40,839 bases of DNA from Squatina squatina. Lineage: Eukaryota. A model generated the notes under the pieces. That model searched no databases. It was given only the letters and a program-made list of their open reading frames with translations, and was not told the DNA's origin. Where the stretch lies: assembly GCA_031763465.1 (NCBI GenBank), contig JARFOE010000192.1, positions 4,406,880 through 4,447,718 of the forward strand, in the 5' to 3' direction. The translations under genes and the position numbers were made by a program. Position 1 is the first letter of the stretch, and every line of letters starts with the position of its first letter. Below, one piece after another: positions 36,681 to 40,839 of this stretch.

Positions 36681-37429
36681 AAATGCAATTAATAGTTATT
36701 TTACTTTAATATAAGTGCAGCATTACAAATATACGCTTATTTATTTTCGCTATTTTTGATAGGTGGGGAATGCTAAATCCAATTATATTATTACAACTGT
36801 AGTTGACTATATTTGCTAGTGCCCTACAATGCATTGAAGATGAGGAATTATATTAAAAGAGGTGCTATTTACATTTGGTCAGTGATTCTATTCCAGCAAT
36901 TCTAGTTTTTATTCTTGCTGTAACAGTAGTTGCCAAATATTAAGAAGAATTCAGAAAAACTATAATTTATAATTTATGCATTATGAACAAATGAAATAAG
37001 GTAACTGAATCTGAATAGATAAGTGTATTTTTTAAAAAAAATCAGATTATTGTGCCAAATGTTTTTGTATCTAACTAATATCTTGGGATTTAATATTGTG
37101 ATCAATCCTGTCTATTTTAATACAGCATCAGAATCCTTGGTAGACCAGGAATGAAATTGTGCAGCATAAATTCTGTCTCCAGATGCATTTCTGTGTTTAA
37201 TTACTGATTATGGTTTCCTGTCTTTCTCTGGTATCTGGCATCAATAATTATTCTGGAAGTCATTGAGTGTATGACCTCTTCACCCTAACACAGATTTTAG
37301 CAAGGGCATGTTTATTTTGGATTATGTAATTGTGATCTAAATTAGAGAATGACATTTAGAGCAGGGTGGCACATCAAAGCAGGTTCATTTCCCAATTGTT
37401 CAAAGAGACCTTGATTTATAGAGTGCCAT

Positions 37430-37615
37430 GTCACAGAATGTGCCAAAGCGCTTTACAACCAATGAATTGCTGTTTGAAGTGCTTTTCACAAAGCAAAGTC
37501 TCACAAACAGCAAATGAATGAATAATCTGTTGATGGTGGTGATGGTTGAGGGAGTAACATTGGTCAGGACAAGAGAACTCTCTTACTCCTTCAAATACGG
37601 TCATAGGATCTTTCA
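37430..37615 (-). mobile_element. Deu-type SINE (SacSINE1-like) fragment
   Basis: ccaaagcgctttacaaccaatgaa...cacaaacagcaaatg...ggttgaggga..attggtcaggaca...ggatcttt has the layout I recall for shark Deu-SINEs. Confidence 0.65.
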
Positions 37616-37715
37616 NNNNNNNNNNNNNNNNNNNNNNNNNNNNNNNNNNNNNNNNNNNNNNNNNNNNNNNNNNNNNNNNNNNNNNNNNNNNNNNNNNNNN
37701 NNNNNNNNNNNNNNN

Positions 37716-37945
37716 GAGACCTGCAAGGGGAGTGAGCAAGAAAGTACCTTATCTTAGAAGCAAAGCTGATGTTTCCACTTGTAGGCAAGTCCAAAACTAG
37801 GGGCTATAAATATGAGATAGTCACTAATAAATAATATAGGGAATTCAGGAGAAACCTCTTTACCCAGAGAGTGGTTAGAATGTGGAACTTGCTACAACAT
37901 GGTTGAGGCGAATAGCATAGATGCATTTAATGGGAAGCTAAATCA
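37716..37945 (+). mobile_element. CR1 LINE ORF2 3' fragment
   Basis: ...TRGYKYEIVT...EFRRNLFTQRVVRMWNLL... is the CR1 C-terminal motif. Confidence 0.85.
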
Positions 37946-38086
37946 GTTTTCACTAAGTAGAGAAAGAAGTATTTTGTTGTAGTTCAAAAATGAAAGTTTC
38001 TCTCAAAATTTTTCAATGATATTTTATACACTCTAGAGTAAAGATTGCTAACCACAGTTCTCAACTGATTGTTTTTCTTCCAACAG

Positions 38087-38266
38087 GGAAAAAATAAGAA
38101 GGATGGAAGTAGACAAGGCGAGAGCACCTCACCGCTGGTGGATGACATTTTCTCATGGCCAGGTCCAAAAACCATTAATCTACGGCGAAATTCACAGGGT
38201 TTTGGGTTTACGCTGAGGCACTTCATTGTCTACGCTGCAGTGTAAGCTGTGCATACCAATATAAAT
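38087..38266 (+). CDS. ARHGAP21/23-family RhoGAP exon (start of PDZ domain), with in-frame stop
   Basis: 180-nt phase-0 exon after tttttcttccaacag: [59 protein letters not shown]. The family consensus is [31 protein letters not shown] at 38243-38245; donor AAT|gttaga. Confidence 0.9.
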
Positions 38267-39605
38267 GTTAGAGAATCAATGTGACACCTGTTCTTTAAGC
38301 ATAATCAAAACCTAGCACTTTTTAAAATTACTTTGTTGGAAACTTCTTTTTCTTTTTGATTTATTCCTGTTTTAATTAAACATATTAACAGCATGCCAAT
38401 ATCTGCATATCTTTTCAGTAGAACTTTAAAGTGTTATGGAAGAGGGTTTGAGCGAATGACCATAATGCCATTCAAACATTACATTGAAAACTGCTCTGTG
38501 AGAAGTAAGAATGTAGTACATGATACTTGCCATACTTAGTATTGTTGATGTGATAAAAGTTGGGTTATATACCAGCCTACTTTTCTACTGTGAAACCTTT
38601 TGTAATCTGTGCTTGTAATCTTTTATTCATTTAGCAAAAAAGTGACACTTGCTTCCNNNNNNNNNNNNNNNNNNNNNNNNNNNNNNNNNNNNNNNNNNNN
38701 NNNNNNNNNNNNNNNNNNNNNNNNNNNNNNNNNNNNNNNNNNNNNNNNNNNNNNNNCAACTTGTCCTGTCACCTTCAAAGATCAAACCCGAGGTCTGTGT
38801 TGCTGAACCCCCTTTAAAATTGTAGCATTTATTGCCTCTTCATTTTTCCCTACAAAACGCATCGCTTCACACTTCAGTGAGCCTTACGTAATTTAAGGCC
38901 CACATTAGGCAGGAATTTCGTAAGTGTTCTGTTTCTGGAATATGACAATTGTTGCTTTTTGATTCAAAGCCCACTGGTAGGAAGAAAATGCTCCAACTAA
39001 GAGATCTCCCAATATTCTGAGTCCCTGCTAAGTATACAGTTTCTTGCACATGTATTGCAGCATATTTGGAAAGGGATAAAGGGCTATCCCTCATTGTGTA
39101 TTTAAAATAACTTTCTTTGAATAAGGCTCAATTTCCAGTTTGAATCAAACTCATCTGTGCCCTCTTGTGCTCTGTAATTGACTGTTTCCCATTATATGAC
39201 TAGTCATTAAATGCTTATTACAATTTACAATACTATCAGCAACTTATCTATGATTGCTTTCTATTAGCTAACCAGAAGAACCTTTGATTTTACTCATTCG
39301 TCTTAATTTTTTGTAATCATTTTTTGTTCGGTAAAGGGTATTAACGACTGGAAATAACTATTCTTAAAAATTGTGATTCAATTTAAAGAAACTTTTGAAT
39401 TAGAACCTTATTATAAAAAATTACTCCATATAACAAAATGAACTCTATCCCTAGTATTTGAAAATAATCTACCCAAGATTCAGTCTGTTTCAAATCATTG
39501 GAACTAATTATCTCATTCTAGGTGGTCATGATTTGTTATCGTTTCTGTTGTTTTCCACAATCACTTTTAAATTTTTGACTGGAATTTTTTCTTTCTGTAA
39601 CACAG

Positions 39606-39684
39606 GTGACCGGATTGTCAAAGTGAACGGGGAAAGCATTATTGGAAAAACATACTCTCAAGTTATAGCCTTGATTCAGGACAG
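39606..39684 (+). CDS. ARHGAP21/23-family RhoGAP PDZ exon
   Basis: 79-nt exon between ...ctgtaacacag and gtatga: (G)[25 protein letters not shown](S), near-identical to remembered ARHGAP21 [27 protein letters not shown]. Confidence 0.95.
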
Positions 39685-40019
39685 GTATGAATGCTATTTT
39701 TTGTAAATGACTATGTTGAAACAAACCATCTATTGAATTTTAGCTATTCCTGGACTTGATGTTTAACTAGATTGGTATTTGACCATATAATAGTAGAGAC
39801 AACTTGTTTCTCAGCCTTTTTGTCTGGGCTTGGTGCAGATGATCAATTTGAGAAGCGTAAAAGTCTATCATAATGATAAAGTCTATTTTTGTAGAAGTTG
39901 ATTTAAAGTATTGTAATTTGTGCTAATGTTGGGAAACCTCGAAACACTTTAATTGCGCTCATAATTGACATTCTGGTGTTTTCTACTGTCATAGTTGGTA
40001 AGTGGGAAGCACAAGTTAA

Positions 40020-40093
40020 CATACAAACAAAAAATGCTGGAAAAACTCAGCAGGTCAGGCAGCATCTGTGGAGAGAAAAACAGAGTCAACGTT
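40020..40093. repeat. Common chondrichthyan interspersed repeat (possibly Penelope-associated)
   Basis: aaatgctggaaaaactcagcaggtcaggcagcatctgtggagagaaaaacagagtcaacgtt is recognised as an abundant shark repeat. Class assignment is uncertain. Confidence 0.6.
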
Positions 40094-40839
40094 NNNNNNN
40101 NNNNNNNNNNNNNNNNNNNNNNNNNNNNNNNNNNNNNNNNNNNNNNNNNNNNNNNNNNNNNNNNNNNNNNNNNNNNNNNNNNNNNNNNNNNNNCTGGTTA
40201 CATCACCTTTCTAATTTGGTCAGTATGGTGACAAAACAGCTGCTATCAGCTGACCGCTTTTGATTTTATAGCAATACTACTGTAATTGACATGACTGTAT
40301 AATGTAGCAGTTCATTTTGTCATTGAATAGCAGTAACACCAGGAGCTTGGAGAGACAAGGGTATGATCTAGGTAAAAGGGTGGCTGTGAACTCTATGGAA
40401 AGACTCAATTAGTCGTAAGAAAAAACTGTATTGAAGAAATTTGCCATAAATGGGATATGCTTTCTGGACCAAAACTTTACACCGATAAACAGGTGAAGTA
40501 ATGTTATAAAAAAAAGCTCAGTATTGTAGTACTGTGCAAGTTACACTGCCCTTTACTTCATTGGTATCTTCCAGAGAAGTCAGAGTAGATGTATTTATAG
40601 CTTGCCGTATCCAGCATCAATATGACAGAATAATTCTGTCTCTGTATGAGTTAACCAGCTTGAACTGTGGTTCCTTTCATTTTGGCCAACTACAGTTTGC
40701 AGAGGTCCTAGCAACACTGGTAAGATTGCTGTAGGAATCTATTTTTGTTTGTTCTAATTTAGTAAAATGTTTTTTTTTGTATATTGAGAACAAGCCTTTA
40801 AAATATGTATACATTGAAATAATGGCCACAATGTTTACT

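Noticed and set aside
831-40193. Regularly recurring 100-N and 10-N blocks as a biological periodicity
   Set aside because: These are scaffolding placeholders of fixed size.
1-40839. Most ORF-track entries of 60-290 aa, especially those spanning X runs
   Set aside because: They are artifacts of N gaps, alternative start codons, repeats or the antisense strand of real exons, with no recognisable protein content.
1-40839. CRISPR arrays, operons, rRNA or true tRNA genes
   Set aside because: This is eukaryotic intron-rich DNA with no regular repeat-spacer structure. The A/B-box sequences belong to SINE heads lacking a full cloverleaf.

Overview
This is vertebrate genomic DNA, very probably from a cartilaginous fish (shark-type CR1 LINEs, tRNA/Deu-type SINEs and Harbinger elements). 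The assembly is fragmented, with many 10-N and 100-N placeholder gaps, so true distances are unknown. There are no prokaryotic features. The window holds a block colinear with human GPR158-THNSL1-ENKUR-(PRTFDC1)-ARHGAP21. On the minus strand are exons 1-2 of a GPR158/GPR179-family class C GPCR and a THNSL1-like gene (shikimate-kinase-like domain plus PLP threonine-synthase domain) whose reading frame is interrupted by about 630 bp of foreign sequence. On the plus strand are remnants of an enkurin-like gene head-to-head with THNSL1, and PDZ-coding exons of an ARHGAP21/23-family RhoGAP, one with an in-frame stop. The GPCR and RhoGAP look intermediate between the two known mammalian paralogs, suggesting a third ohnologous copy of this block (inference). 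Between the enkurin remnant and the RhoGAP (about 21.5-30 kb, minus strand) lies an unannotated series of splice-flanked, stop-riddled segments with two different RUN-domain remnants, possibly a decayed, undescribed RUN-domain gene. All protein comparisons are by eye from remembered sequences; no searches were run.
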